A program made the position numbers and the translations under genes. A stretch of DNA of 64,000 bases, from contig CM126214.1 of assembly GCA_052327205.1 (NCBI GenBank), forward strand, positions 10,044,001-10,108,000, read 5' to 3'. The DNA comes from Somniosus microcephalus (Eukaryota). Below are positions 12,771 to 24,925 of the stretch, piece by piece. The notes beneath the pieces were generated by a model. The model searched no databases. It had not been told where the DNA came from and saw only the letters and a list, made by a program, of their open reading frames with translations. How positions within the stretch are numbered: position 1 is the first letter of the stretch; each line of letters starts with the position of its first letter.

Positions 12771-14488
12771 AGGCTTCACAGGCAGTAGTTGCCCTTAGGT
12801 ACCTCATCTAATAGCCAATGTGCCTCACAATATCAGCAGGCAATTTGACTGTAATGGGCATCTCAGCCAAGCCCAATCATTTCCTCAGCTAAGGTTCACA
12901 AAATTCACTTCTAGCAGGGGTTCTTGGATTTCAATCAGAAGTGGGAACCCTGATGATTTTCCCCATTTAAACTTGGGGCAATGAGGCCAATCATAGTGCC
13001 ACTTCCAACGCCGTGACTGAGGACAACTAATTCAGCACAGATTTTGGGTGGAACCCAAGAGCTTCCTGGTCCAGTTACTCACTGGATAAACTCACTGAAC
13101 AACTTGGGGGGGAGGGGAGGGAGAGAAATTTAACACCTTTAAAAAAAAAAAAAAAAAAAAAAATTAATGCAGAAATTTTTTCAGGCCATCATTTGCACTT
13201 AGTAGTTTTGAAAGGCGTAGTATCAAATGCTCAATGTTCTGAATGGTAAAAGAATGCTTATTGATTAGGAACATTCCAAACCCAGGAAGAATGGTTGTTA
13301 GTGAACTGAAAGCACTGCTGTGTCCTGCTTGTTATTCTTTTCAGGATATAAATATGTGTGTGTGTGTGTTGGGACACACAGTTCTGTTATTTCTACTGTT
13401 ACTAATTAATCGTATAAAATTGCATTTAATATGGTTTATATTGTATTCATTAGAATTCATTTGATTAAGGGATCAACTTTTTTATGTCTTAACTCAGTGT
13501 TTTTTTAAATTTCATACTCCAGTAACATTTTTGGTAAGATTTTGGTTTTAGCAAATAAATATTCAGGGTTTTATTAGCAACCTGAAATAAAATGCAGTTC
13601 TTTACAGTTCAGAAATAAATTGTAGCACAACGTACTTTTGCTAACACACAATATAATCATCGGCAAGTAACTGTCCTTGAAGTTGTAAACATTATTTACA
13701 GGGGAGAAAAACTTGACTAACTGTGTCCTGATCACATTTTAATTTGAACATTGTGCATTCTAAATTTCTCTTCTGCAAGCAAATATCAAGGACTTGAAAC
13801 AAATTGCTCCTTTAAAAAAAATTCTCTTCTCGCCTGATGTGCTGACTTACAGTAGCACACCCAAATAGCCAAGTTTCATAATGGGCAGTCTGCTTAACTG
13901 AGCCACGAGTTGAGTTCTACAACTGAAGGTTAACAACATGTTTAGAGAGCAAGGGCTATCTGTTTGATTGACATCATTATGTAGTGGTGTATATCTAACC
14001 TGGAGACCTCCAAGGACCCAGTTGAGATAATCACAGTCCAAGCTCACTCATGAACAATGGCCACTTAAGCATTAAGCTGGAAAAAAAAATCAATGAAAAA
14101 CAGGAAGAAAATAATTAAAATGACCAGCTTGGGACACAGACCAAATAGAAGTCAGTGGCTGAACTGGGGACAATATTAACTATTGTTTGGCAACTACATT
14201 TCCAGAGAATAGTTCTGGGATACCACCAGTATTAAGCATACGTGTACCTGAATGCTGAAAATGAGAAGATATCCCATGATATCAAAATGATGGGAAGTGC
14301 TAGACTGACCCTACTGCAGAACACTTGTAAAGTGGCATTTAGTTATTAGTAATCAATACTTATTAAAATTGAATATATTTTAGTGTGATATTAATAAAAA
14401 AACATGCTAGACTGGGCACAATGATTCAATTTATGAATTAATTATATCATTTTGAATGTTGAACCTACCTCTATACCTTTAATAATTA

Positions 14489-14675
14489 GAATCGTAGGAA
14501 TTTACGGTACAGAAGGAGGCCATTCAACCGTGCCAGCCGAAAAAGAGCTCTCCAGCCTAATCCCACTTTCCAGCTCTTGGTCCGTAGCCTTGTAGGTTAC
14601 GGCACTTCAAGTTCATATCCAAGTACTTTTCAAATGTGATGAGGTTTCTGCCTCTACCACCCTTTCAGGCAGTTA
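14489..14675 (-). mobile_element. CR1 3' fragment
   Basis: Reverse complement of the tail at ~53995-54190. Confidence 0.75.
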
Positions 14676-16892
14676 GTTTAAATTATTACAAATAAAAATA
14701 TTTCAAGAAAAAAATATTGAAAAAGTTCCTTGGTAGCATGCCAATGGAGTATGCATTACAGGTAGTTCCAGAAATGTATGTTCAACCTACCCACCATCAA
14801 TTATGAGATAATATCTCGATCAAACTCCTCTTTTTTACAATTTCAGATGAATGTATTACCTATGAATTGATTCAAATGAATACACCAACATGCCAAACAT
14901 TTGGACGTAGGATTCCTAATTAAACCCTTTTGTACGGGGAATGCTACAAGTGGCCTCAGTATCTCCAGGCTAGGGAGGAAAACGATCAGTCAGAATTTCT
15001 ACTCCCAAGTGCTGCCCAGTGCACATGTGTGGACATTCAGTAAGTACAGAGTTAGACTGGCTGCCTATGATTGAATAGTAGTCCTGATAATCTAAGTTTA
15101 CACATGGAAAATGGTCACTTGGGAAAGGTACTGGAGGGTTGCTGGCAATCATATCCCAGCTTAAGCCATCACAGGGAGCAGCAAAAGGGAAAAAACAGAA
15201 TCAATATTGGCAGATAAAATCAACTCATGCAAAGTAGATTATTTGTGTGTTTAACCATGTAAGCATTTAATGGGAGAATCTACACCAACTTGAGTCAATG
15301 GCAGCCTGAAAAACTGATCATTGGTCAGCTAAAATTAAGTCTAGGTAACTAAAAAATGCAGCCACACCCAATCCAAGTCAAATTATTTTTGCATATACAA
15401 TGACTACTAGTAATTAGAGTTTGAAGGCCACTATCAGAAAAGGGGTTATATTTTATGTTGTGTAACGACTGTGCTGTGTGAATGATTGTAAGTACGGTGC
15501 ACAAAAGTACTGCCAATATTTATAGATTTTTTGTGCATAGATATTGAAACATGTTCTTGTAGTTCCAGGTCCAAGGTTAGACTGTGGCAGAAGGACAGAC
15601 CACAGTAAGGTTCTTTCACAATATGCCTTTCTAACTCTCCTCCCCCCCCCCCCCCCTCAGTAATTTCTTTGATAACATTTTGGACTATTTCTACAAGTAC
15701 AGTAAAATTCATCTATGAAGTGTTTTAATTTTTCATTTGGGGAATTTATTTTTCCCATTTGTCCAATGACTGGGGCAGAATGGCAACTTGTTTGGATATT
15801 TTACTCCCATTGAAAATAACAGGGACTTGAGTACACAATGCATATTTTTATGCCCCTTGGGCTCCAGCTGCAGCTGACTGGAACATGTCCTACAACATTT
15901 TGCATTGCAAAAATAGAGTTTTTAAAATTGATGGAATGTTTCCTGATCTAGCAAAATTTTGTGGATTAAGTGTCCAATTTGCATCATAAATAGATTCCAA
16001 ATTACATCACACTTTTTAACCTTTGGCTCAAAACACTGGTTCAAAGGGTTGGGCTGGTGTCATAATGCAGTCCACTGGCACGCCAATATGCAAGTTCACA
16101 CCTGCAATGTGCCACATTTTGAAGTTTCAATCTTGGTCACTGTGGTTAAGTTAGAATTGTTTGGATCATTTACATAAAAATCAGATTGTGTTTTTGATCA
16201 AGATATTGAATTGATCAGTTTTCTTAATTTAATTAGAAGCTTTGTTCCTTTGATTCACTGTAGTTTATTCCATTGTGAAGATTTGTATAATCAATGGAGC
16301 TGTGCAAGTGTTCATATATTTCAGGATATTCAATATTCTGCTGATATGTATGAAATAATGTTGTGTTTGTCTGGAAACCTCTGCAAAGAGTTAACAGAGG
16401 TGTTGGTTTCGACAGCAAAGGAAGGGATTTGAAACAGAAGAGGGACTTATTTTGAAAGCAGTTGTTTGAAGCGAACAAGAGGTCTCAGAAACAAGGCCTG
16501 CAAAAAGGTGAACAATGAGAGTGAACAAGAGGCGTAATGAAATTACTACTCGTTATTAGAAATGATTGAACTCAAGAAGCTGTTCTTAGTGCAAGTCTAT
16601 GTAATAACTTTAGGTAATATGCTCTATTAGGGACTTCTGCTACATAGATAGTATTTATCTCATATTCCTTTGCCGGACAGATTTTCATCTTTCATCACCT
16701 GGGCAGTAAGCATTGTCAGGGAGGAGAGCAGAGAGGAAAATTGGGTGGGGAGGGCTGCAGGCTTGTTATTGAAAACACACAATTTTCCTACCATTAATTT
16801 AAATGGAAGGAAACTCGGGCGAGTTCTGTTACCAGTGTATAATCTTCCATGCCCGATTTTTTTCTTGGTGTTCTGCCCAGGATGCTTAACAC

Positions 16893-17039
16893 CAATTTTC
16901 CCCCTAAGGTGCGTGGGTGCACAGCCACACATCAATCAGTAGGTCCAGCACAGGCCTCTCGCAAGCCGTTGCCACTGGAAGATAATGCGCAGCAAATCTA
17001 AAGGGACAGCGCACAAAAACAAAATTAGAGGGAACATTG
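16893..17039. mobile_element. hAT-type MITE
   Basis: 15-bp TIRs CAATTTTCCCCCTAA / CAATGTTCCCTCTAA and a perfect 8-bp TSD CTTAACAC (16885-16892, 17040-17047). A sister copy lies at 59923-60061. Confidence 0.88.
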
Positions 17040-17899
17040 CTTAACACCCAGGCAGTAAAGATGAAAATGTACTCTGTTGTTTGTAAATAAAGAAATTAAT
17101 TGTTGTTTCTAAAACCGCTTGTCTGTGTGGCAGTATCTGGCATTGTAAAGAGAATTTGGCAATGTGTAGATGACTACTTCCAGTAAACAGATCACTGGAA
17201 GTAGAGTCAATGTTAGCCCCTCTGGTTCACACCTTTGCAAGAGCATAGAAAAGGTACAGCACTGGTATCAAAAAGGTACAACAGTGACTGCACTTCAAAA
17301 GGGATTCACATTGGTTGTAAAGCATTTTATAACATCCCATGGAATTTTTAAGGCGCTATATAAATCCAAATTCTTTCTTTCCAGATTGCGGGGAAGAAGG
17401 GTTTGCTTACTGGTGTTAAGACAGCAGAGAGGGGTGATGGCACTAAAAACCTTAAACAGCCACGGTGGTTGGGGATGGCAGAGTTGAAGCCATGTGCTTC
17501 CCACAGGCAGGAAAGGACACAGCAATGAAGCGGTCACAAATTCCCTCAGACTGTCAGCACAAGTAGCAGTGCCCTGCCGCCTAGTACGAAAGCAACTTCA
17601 AAAATCATCCAGATATGTACACTATGTATCTTGCAAAATAGAAGTAGTGCCGAGTGAATTAAAAAAATACAATAATTTCAGCTTAGGGTTTCTGAATAAT
17701 ATTCACCATCTGAACATCTTGATGGAATTATTACCTCCAACACTTTCAGTACTGAAAGAGTTGAGAAAGTTTGAGTTTGCTGTGAATATAATATGGATAG
17801 TTATTTACGAGGTTAATGGATCCGTGTGCGTAATGCAGACTGGAGGGTTAGAAGACATTGCAAACTTTAAACTCAGGCAAGTTGTTTTGTCACCTACAC

Positions 17900-19920
17900 C
17901 CTGAAACTGAATGAATGCTTATAAATTCATGTACACATAGATTTTGGTTATCATTTATAATATATACACACAAGACAGTGAATTTCCATTTCAATTTTCC
18001 CTTACTACTGCAGTCCATTTCTTTGATGTGGAAGCCTTCCAATGTTGGTAGGGCAAAGGCTATTCTCAGTTGTATGAGGTAGGACCTGAAGGTATATTAA
18101 GATCATGCAGCATTACCAGGTAGTTATTTTTATCCCACAGGAAAATTCACTATCTGGGTAGATATCATTCACATTTGGCAGTTGTGATTAGAAGGAAAAC
18201 CTCTCCACAAGATACAAAAAAACTAACTTACAAATGCATGTAACTACGACCGCTGTATAAACGCTACACTTTCAAATTAGGAATTTAAAAAAAAATTTAA
18301 AGACTGTTAACAGGGAAAGTACAAAGTAAAATCCCAGTTGGCACTAGTACTTTCCCATTTCATCTGGTGTTGCGTGAAGAATCAAGCTGCTCTTACACTA
18401 GTTTGTTGGCTTTAAATCAGCAGCACGCATTCTCTATCTCAACACATGTATTGGGATTCTATCCCTATAGTTTTGTGTGAACTCACAACAACCAGGAAGC
18501 AAGCACTGTTGTGTTGGCCAAGTAATCTGCACTGAAAATAGGGATACCAGAACTTCCCTGTTTTTTAATAATTCTATTTTGAAATACAATCTGTAGCACT
18601 TGCTGATTTCATTTGAAGATTGGGGTTTTCCCAAAATTTAATAGCTTCACAGTCCATAAAAAAACGATGGATTTAATAACTTCCCCAAATCAATAATTCA
18701 GTCAAATCTTAGCCAATTAGAAAGCAGATCTATGTCCAAAGAGAGACGAGAGTTAGCAAGGCTACTTAAAGTTTTAAATGTATGATTTTTACTATTTCAG
18801 CATTTACTACTCTCAACAGTGTTTTGAGGGTCACCAGAGGAAAGTAGTAAATAAGTTAGGTGCAAAATACATTGCTCTCCCAGCCAGTCTTGGCCATTAG
18901 TGATCTCTCCACCTCTGCAAAATGCCAAACAGCCAAATGCGCTTTAGCATCATGTGAATATATTTTTTAAACCAATACTGATGCCAATATATGCAGTGTT
19001 CAATATAAATTAGCAGTTGCCAGTGTAAATTAAGACACACTGCAACAGATTCTATTCTTTACCACACAACCTAAACCCAAAATGTTAATACAAAGGGTTA
19101 AACTGCTTCTGATCTACCACACACACAAAGTTACACTCTGGGAACCCTTGCTGCACACACAGTACTAATTTAACAATGTTCAATTTTCTAAAACACATTT
19201 TCTGACATATCCTTGATTGAAACGGATGTAGATGCTTGGGGCGATAATATTATTTCACTAAAAGCTCTCACCATTGAGCAGAATTAATTAAACTTTCTAA
19301 CAAAACTAAAGCACCCAGTATTAGTCAAATTGAATAAATTGAATAAGCAGAGTAACTTAAAAGTGCCCTTATTTACAAACCCCCGTTAAGTACTTAGTAA
19401 TGGGTATAAACTATTTCCTCTTCATTTTACGTTTAGAAATACTTAAGACATTTAATTTAGGATCTCTATTTTGTGTTAAGTATTCCAAAATTTATTAATA
19501 CCAAAAGGTGCTCATACTGTACAATTCCATTCAATTGGGTTTTCTGGTAGTGAGAGAGCTTAACAGATCCTTTTCTTCCCTCTCGCCGCACCCCCCCCCC
19601 CCCACCCCCAACTAAAAAAAGGGACAACAAATTTATCAACTGATAATTCAGTCAAACCGTAGACAAATTAGAAAGCAGAACGATGACAAAACATACCCCT
19701 TTAAAAGCCCTCCCTTGCTTGGTCTGGTGAAATTAATTCTCACCGGCTGAAATTTCTAAACCCCCGTTGCTAGATTTGCAATCGTTGTTCAACTGTAGTT
19801 CTGAAAAAACAAGTACAATCCCTATTTAGACACCTGTATTCATTGTTTTGAGTATTTCTTGCTGTTGGCAATCATGAATCAGATTCTAATGCGCTGTGCT
19901 TCGTCTGTCTGTGGGCAAGG
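17900..19920 (-). other. GNG7: Probable GNG7 3' UTR; first AATAAA on the minus strand at 19491-19496
   Basis: AT-rich, apparently repeat-free stretch directly after the stop codon. The true end cannot be determined from sequence alone. Confidence 0.5.
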
Positions 19921-20046
19921 CTATAGGATAATGCAGGGTTTTTTCTCCTTGAAAGGATTCTCAGACGTCGGGACTCCAAGAATCAGCGGGTCGCTCCGGG
20001 CATGCTGCTCGCAGTAATTCATAAGGTCTACAGCAGCTTTGGATAC
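19921..20046 (-). CDS. GNG7: G protein subunit gamma 7, last coding exon ([41 protein letters not shown])
   Basis: Acceptor ttttcttgtaacag|GTA in phase 0. Contains the G-gamma DPLL/NPF motifs and a C-terminal CaaX (CIIL). The spliced product is 68 aa. [11 protein letters not shown] and KPCIIL favour GNG7 over its paralogue GNG12. Confidence 0.96.
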   Translation of the reverse strand, partial: VSKAAVDLMNYCEQHARSDPLILGVPTSENPFKEKKPCIIL

Positions 20047-20139
20047 CTGTTACAAGAAAACAATTTAAAGAAATCATTCAATAAAATTATCCTGGGTATA
20101 CAATGTGGTAACATTAATATTCCTTGCCCCCTTCCAATT

Positions 20140-20600
20140 TCCTGCCTTCCTTACCTGAAGGAGTCAACTCTTGCTGGGGAACCATTTCACAGACAACAGC
20201 AGCCCTCTGGTGCCTTGCTCACGTGTGAGCTTAGACAGTCAGCAAGCTATGTTGTTCCATGGGCGTCCGTCACCTTCTGGTACCTCACCCAAGTGGGCAC
20301 ACTTTATGTGAACCTAGACAACAAATGCCAGGAGGCTATTCATCCTTGGTGACATCATAGATGAGCACAATTCTGACGTTGCTCAACATCAAGATACAGA
20401 TCACTTCTAGCAGGATTAGTAATAAAGAGAGGGACCTCCAGATGATTTTCCCCTCCTTAACCCAGGAATGCTGGAATCAAATGTGGCACCCGTGTCACAG
20501 TAGCAATCAGCTAACTCAGTACTGACTAAGTATTGATTAGTAATTTTCCTGCTCTGCATATGTTAACTATTTCACTCTTTTAACTAGCTGAGCCATTGGT
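20140..20600 (-). mobile_element. Representative copy of an old, highly diverged SINE-like family
   Basis: Shared motifs (GAGTTAGCTGAT, CACATGAAGAATGGCCACTTGGG, GCCTTCAGGAGAGG) recur at ~120-430, 5160-5380, 6660-6880, 12780-13100, 14960-15200, 21900-22170, 22830-23040, 28830-29200, 43000-43170, 46700-46900, 50160-50550, 54890-55260, 56600-56940, 60620-60900 and 62720-62900. I cannot name the family. Confidence 0.65.
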
Positions 20601-20749
20601 AAAACCTTACATCATTTTTAAATTTCACATACACCGCAGAGGAATTGACCTGGATTAACCCAGATCATATTTGCATATTGACAATTTACCCACAACGAGA
20701 AAAGGAAAGCTGTCGGCAATCAAAGTGGTGAGTCACACCCTTCTTTTTC

Positions 20750-20980
20750 ACCACCTCCAAGTTCCACACCATCCTGACTTAGAAGTATATTGCCGATCCT
20801 TCGTCACTGGGTCAAAATCCTGGAACTCCCAACCTAGCAGCACTGTGGGAGCACCTTCACTACACGGACCGCAGCGGTTCAAGGCGGCGGCTCACCAACA
20901 CCTTCTCAAGGGTAATTAGGGATGGGCAATAAATGCTGGCATTGCCAGCGATGCCCACATCCCATAAACAAATAAAAATA
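20750..20980 (+). mobile_element. CR1-clade LINE 3' end
   Basis: SKSWNS-type RT end, then TAGGGATGGGCAATAAATGCTGG...CCCACATCCC. The same tail occurs at 2858-3130 (-) and 60100-60250 (+). Confidence 0.7.
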
Positions 20981-21094
20981 TATATATATTTGTACGCCAT
21001 GCACACGTCAATGTGTTGTTGACAAACCAGGAGGCAAAAATGGTCATCTGTGCACTCTCAGATGCATTTGCAATGTCTTAACATTTACAGAGCA

Positions 21095-21794
21095 AAGCTT
21101 AGAAATTCGGTGGGCTGCGCCACCAGTTAGCACCCAAAGAAGGCACTTAGTGGGTTTAGCGCCACTGGCCACGCCTCCCGCGAAATTTAGAGGGGCACTA
21201 ATGGCGGCGTTAGCCGGTAGCGCTGCGCTGCCACCGATGAAGTCATCGATGTGCGCAGCGCCCCGCTACCGCCCCGATATTTGGTAGCGCCCCCCCCCGC
21301 TGTAACGCCGGTCGTAATTTGCGACCGGTTCAGGGGGGCCTACCTGCGGCAGTAGAGGCGCAAATTAAAGGAGGTGCGGGGCGGCCATCTTTGTTGTTGG
21401 CCGCCTGCCAGCACCTCTCTGCGCTTCTGTCCCCGGCCTCCTAACCCCACCCCCGCGTTGTGCCGGCTGTGTCCCAAGAGCCTGGCACTTCTCGGTGCCG
21501 GGCTCTTTTGCCGGCACTCGTGATCTCCGATCGCGCTGCAGCAGGCCCCTCCCCTTTAAGAAGGGGAGGAAGGCCTGCAGTACTGCAGCGCGCCGTGCCG
21601 CAGCGTGGCGCTGCGGCACGTTGCGCTGCGATTTTCAGTTGCAGCGCCCCAAGACGGATGCGGGGCGCCGCGCTTCCGTTTGGGACGCTCAAACTGAATA
21701 TCTGGCTGGCGCTCACGGCTCCTTCCGGGGCGGTACTTCCGGCGCCCAGGCGAGACTGGCGCCCCAAACAGGGCACCACCGAATTTCTAGGCCC
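21095..21794. mobile_element. PIF/Harbinger-like MITE, CpG-rich
   Basis: TIR core TAGAAATTCGGTGG (21100-21113) and CCACCGAATTTCTAGGCCC (21776-21794). Shares motifs such as TTAAAGGGGAGG-like and GCGCCCC with 1111-1989. Confidence 0.75.
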
Positions 21795-23060
21795 AAATAT
21801 TTTATTGTGCAAGAACACTATCTATATACGGACAATACTGATTTTGCCATGGAAGGACCGAAATATAGGAAGTTTAAAAAGGGCTCTCCCATAGTTGTGT
21901 GGGTTTAGCCAGTGAGTACCTGAGCCATAAAAAACAGGAAGCTCCCAGGTATGAGTTAGCTGATCAGAGTTGCAGTGGCAGTAGTGGTGCTACAATTAGC
22001 CTCAATGACATGACTTGTCCGTGATGCCCTCGTGGTTGACAGTCTGCTGAAACTCACCGTCAATGGTCATACATGAATAATGGCCACTTGAGTGAGGTAG
22101 TGGAGGGTGATTGGCATCCATGGAACCATACCCTAGGAAGGACTGAATGCCTTCAGGAGAGGAGGGAGGAATTGATAAAAAAAATTTTTTTTAAAAACAG
22201 TGTTTGCAGAACAGCTTTGCATTAAAGTACCATTCATTAGTATGAATGATGATAATAGATTTTGTATGTGGCTGTAAATATTTATCAATAGTACATCTGA
22301 TTATTGAAAATGAGCTCAGTGTAACTGAGAAGTTTTTTTGAAAACAAAGCATAGCTAAACAGCACAAGCCCTACCATACAGAAATATGTCTTCAGTTAGC
22401 CCATCATGGCAGCTCTGATAGTCTATAAATAATCCTCATCCGAGACGTCCAGAGCTAAGAGAGGAAGCATGGTGGCAGGAGGAAGCATGGTGGCAGGAGG
22501 AAGCAGCGGGGAACTGTAGAAGCTTCTTACAAAAGGAAACCATACAAATCTAGACATGGAATTTCCCTGTGTTCCTGGTGCAGATTCAGTACTGTAATAC
22601 AGTACAGTTAAAGTTTTATAAAATCAACTCAAGAACTCTATAAATAAAGTTGATCTAAACAGGAAATTGGTCTTGTACCAACATTGAAACTGGTTAGTCT
22701 GGCGCTTGTCCAGTGAGCAGAAAATAATTTTAACATATAACTGCTGTGCAATATTGAATAACTACTAAGGTGATCTTAGACAGGACAGTAGTAGGAGTGA
22801 TAAAATTGTTCTCAATGCCCCTTTTGGGGGTGTGGAGAAAAGGGAAAGCAACCAGGGTTTCTCTTGCTGACCACAATCCAATGCCCCATGCTCGAAGGTC
22901 AAGTGTGGGACTCAGGTGAGGACAGGCTTTGCGGTAATGCCCCCTGTTGTTGAAGAGTAGACCATTACTAAGCATCAAGGCTTCCATGCAAATAGTCTCC
23001 ACACGGTAAGGTACTAGAGTGCACCAGATGCATGTGGAACTGTAAGGAGAGGGAGAAGTT

Positions 23061-23500
23061 TCAGCCTTGGCTGAGTGGTAGCACTCGCACCTCTGAGTCA
23101 GAAGGTAGTGGGTTCCAACCCCACTCTAGAGAGTTGAGCACATCATTTTGGCTGACATTTCAGTGGAGTACTGAGGATGGGCTGCATGGTCAGAGGTACT
23201 GTCTTTCAGATGAGATGTTAAACCGAGTTCTCGTCCACCCTCTCAGGTGGACATAGGCCCCATGCTACCATTCACAGAGTGGGGGAGCTCTCCTGGTGTT
23301 TGGGCCAATGTTATTGGTGCAACCAACATCAATGAAAAAACATTCTGGTAATTTCTCTCATGGCTGTTTGTGGGACCTTGTGCATAAATTGGCTCCTACA
23401 TTTTACTGCATTATAACAATGACTACACTACAAAAGTACTCCATTGGCTGTGAAGTGCTTTGGGATGCCCTGAGGATGTGAAAGACTCGATAAATCTCTC
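23061..23500 (+). mobile_element. Near full-length Deu-domain SINE (SacSINE1-like)
   Basis: tRNA-like head, TCTTTCAGATGAGATGTTAAACCGAG core and L2-like tail. Confidence 0.8.
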
Positions 23501-24324
23501 TTATATTCACATTGCATGTTGCTGTTTTTGCCTTTATAAATCTGCAGAGTAGAATAGTTTCTTGTGTATCCTGCCTTCACATGTTTTAACAGTATTTTCA
23601 GGCACAAGACTGAACACATCACCAAAAGTGGTTCTGAATTGTTCTTTATCAACCAGGCCAAAAAAATCTCAGTAGTAAACATGTCTGCCAGACTCAACAT
23701 TTCCCAGTCTCCCTGGCAATGATGATTCACTTGTTTATTGAATTTGGCGATATGATGGTCCAAGTAATTTTTGCTTGATGTAGGAATGCATGAATGTATG
23801 GAATGCACTGCAGTGGGTGACCCTAGTGTCTGTAACAAGTTGCAAATTAAAAGGAAATATTGATCTGGCTACCAACCAGACTGACTCAGTGATAAGTTTC
23901 CAGTCTGGGAAACCCCCCCAAGAAGAATACTGCATCTTCCTCAAATCAGGTATGGATTTAAAAAAAAGGTAAAGAGAGAGTTAAATATAGCAGTCTTTTT
24001 TGTGGGAAATATTTATTGCTATCTAATGGTCCCTGTCCAGTGCTAGCACTGTGGTGTAATATTTGAAGTAATGAATAACGGCAGCAAGATCAAGTTAAAT
24101 TATACTATACTCAGGTAAACAACTGCTTTGAAATAAGAACAGCACTGTACAACATGCAGTCCACCCCAGTCTTAATATGGCAGCTAAAAAAATGTGCTCC
24201 TTCTACTTTTTGCCCATCTCTGAAAGATACTGATTATGCCGGAGGAAGAAAAGAGAAAAGGAGAAAAAAGGAAAGAAAGAAAAAGGAAATAAAGAAAGAA
24301 AAGAAAAAGAATAGAAAGAACAGA

Positions 24325-24735
24325 AAGACTTGCATTTATGTAGAGCCTTTCATGACCTCAGGACGCCCCAAAGTGCTTTAAGTACTTTTGAAGTGCAGTC
24401 ACTGTTGTAATGTAGGAAACGCGGCAGCCAATTTTGCACACAGCAAGCTCCCACAAACGGCAACGTGATAATGACCAGATAATCTGTTAGAGTGATGCTG
24501 ATTGAGATAAATATTGACCAGGACACTGGGGATAACTCCCCTGCTCTTCTTTGAAATAGTGCCATGGGATCTTTTATGTCCACCTGAGAGTGCAAACAGC
24601 ACCTCTGACAGTGCAGCGCTCCTTCAGTACTGCACTGCAATATCAGCCTATATTTTTGTGCTCAGTCTCTGGAGTGGGATTTGAACCAATAACCTTCTGA
24701 ATTAGAGGCAAGAATGCTACCAACTGAGCCACAGC
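24325..24735 (-). mobile_element. Deu-domain SINE (SacSINE1-like)
   Basis: Reverse complement of 23061-23500, with a (GAAA)n-like tail at 24245-24328. Confidence 0.8.
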
Positions 24736-24925
24736 TAATGCCAAAAGCCTAGGCAGGTTAGTTAATTGTGGATGGCCTTGCAGCCAAACATGACCCCATT
24801 CTCACACGACATTCATACGTGCATTTTTCCACAGGATCCATTAAGAGATATCAGGATCTCCTCCCTAGCCCAGGATCATTCCCAATGAATACATTTAAAC
24901 GTCTGCAGTAGATTTCAGTTATAAC

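Noticed and set aside
16330-17160. Possible solo LTR
   Set aside because: LTR-like composition and an AATAAA, but no TG…CA termini, TSD or second copy identified.
21365-21908. Overlapping GC-rich ORFs or a host CpG-island promoter
   Set aside because: Contained within a TIR-bounded MITE; no recognisable protein.
24154-24381. Lys/Arg-rich ORF
   Set aside because: Translation of a (GAAA)n-like SINE tail microsatellite.
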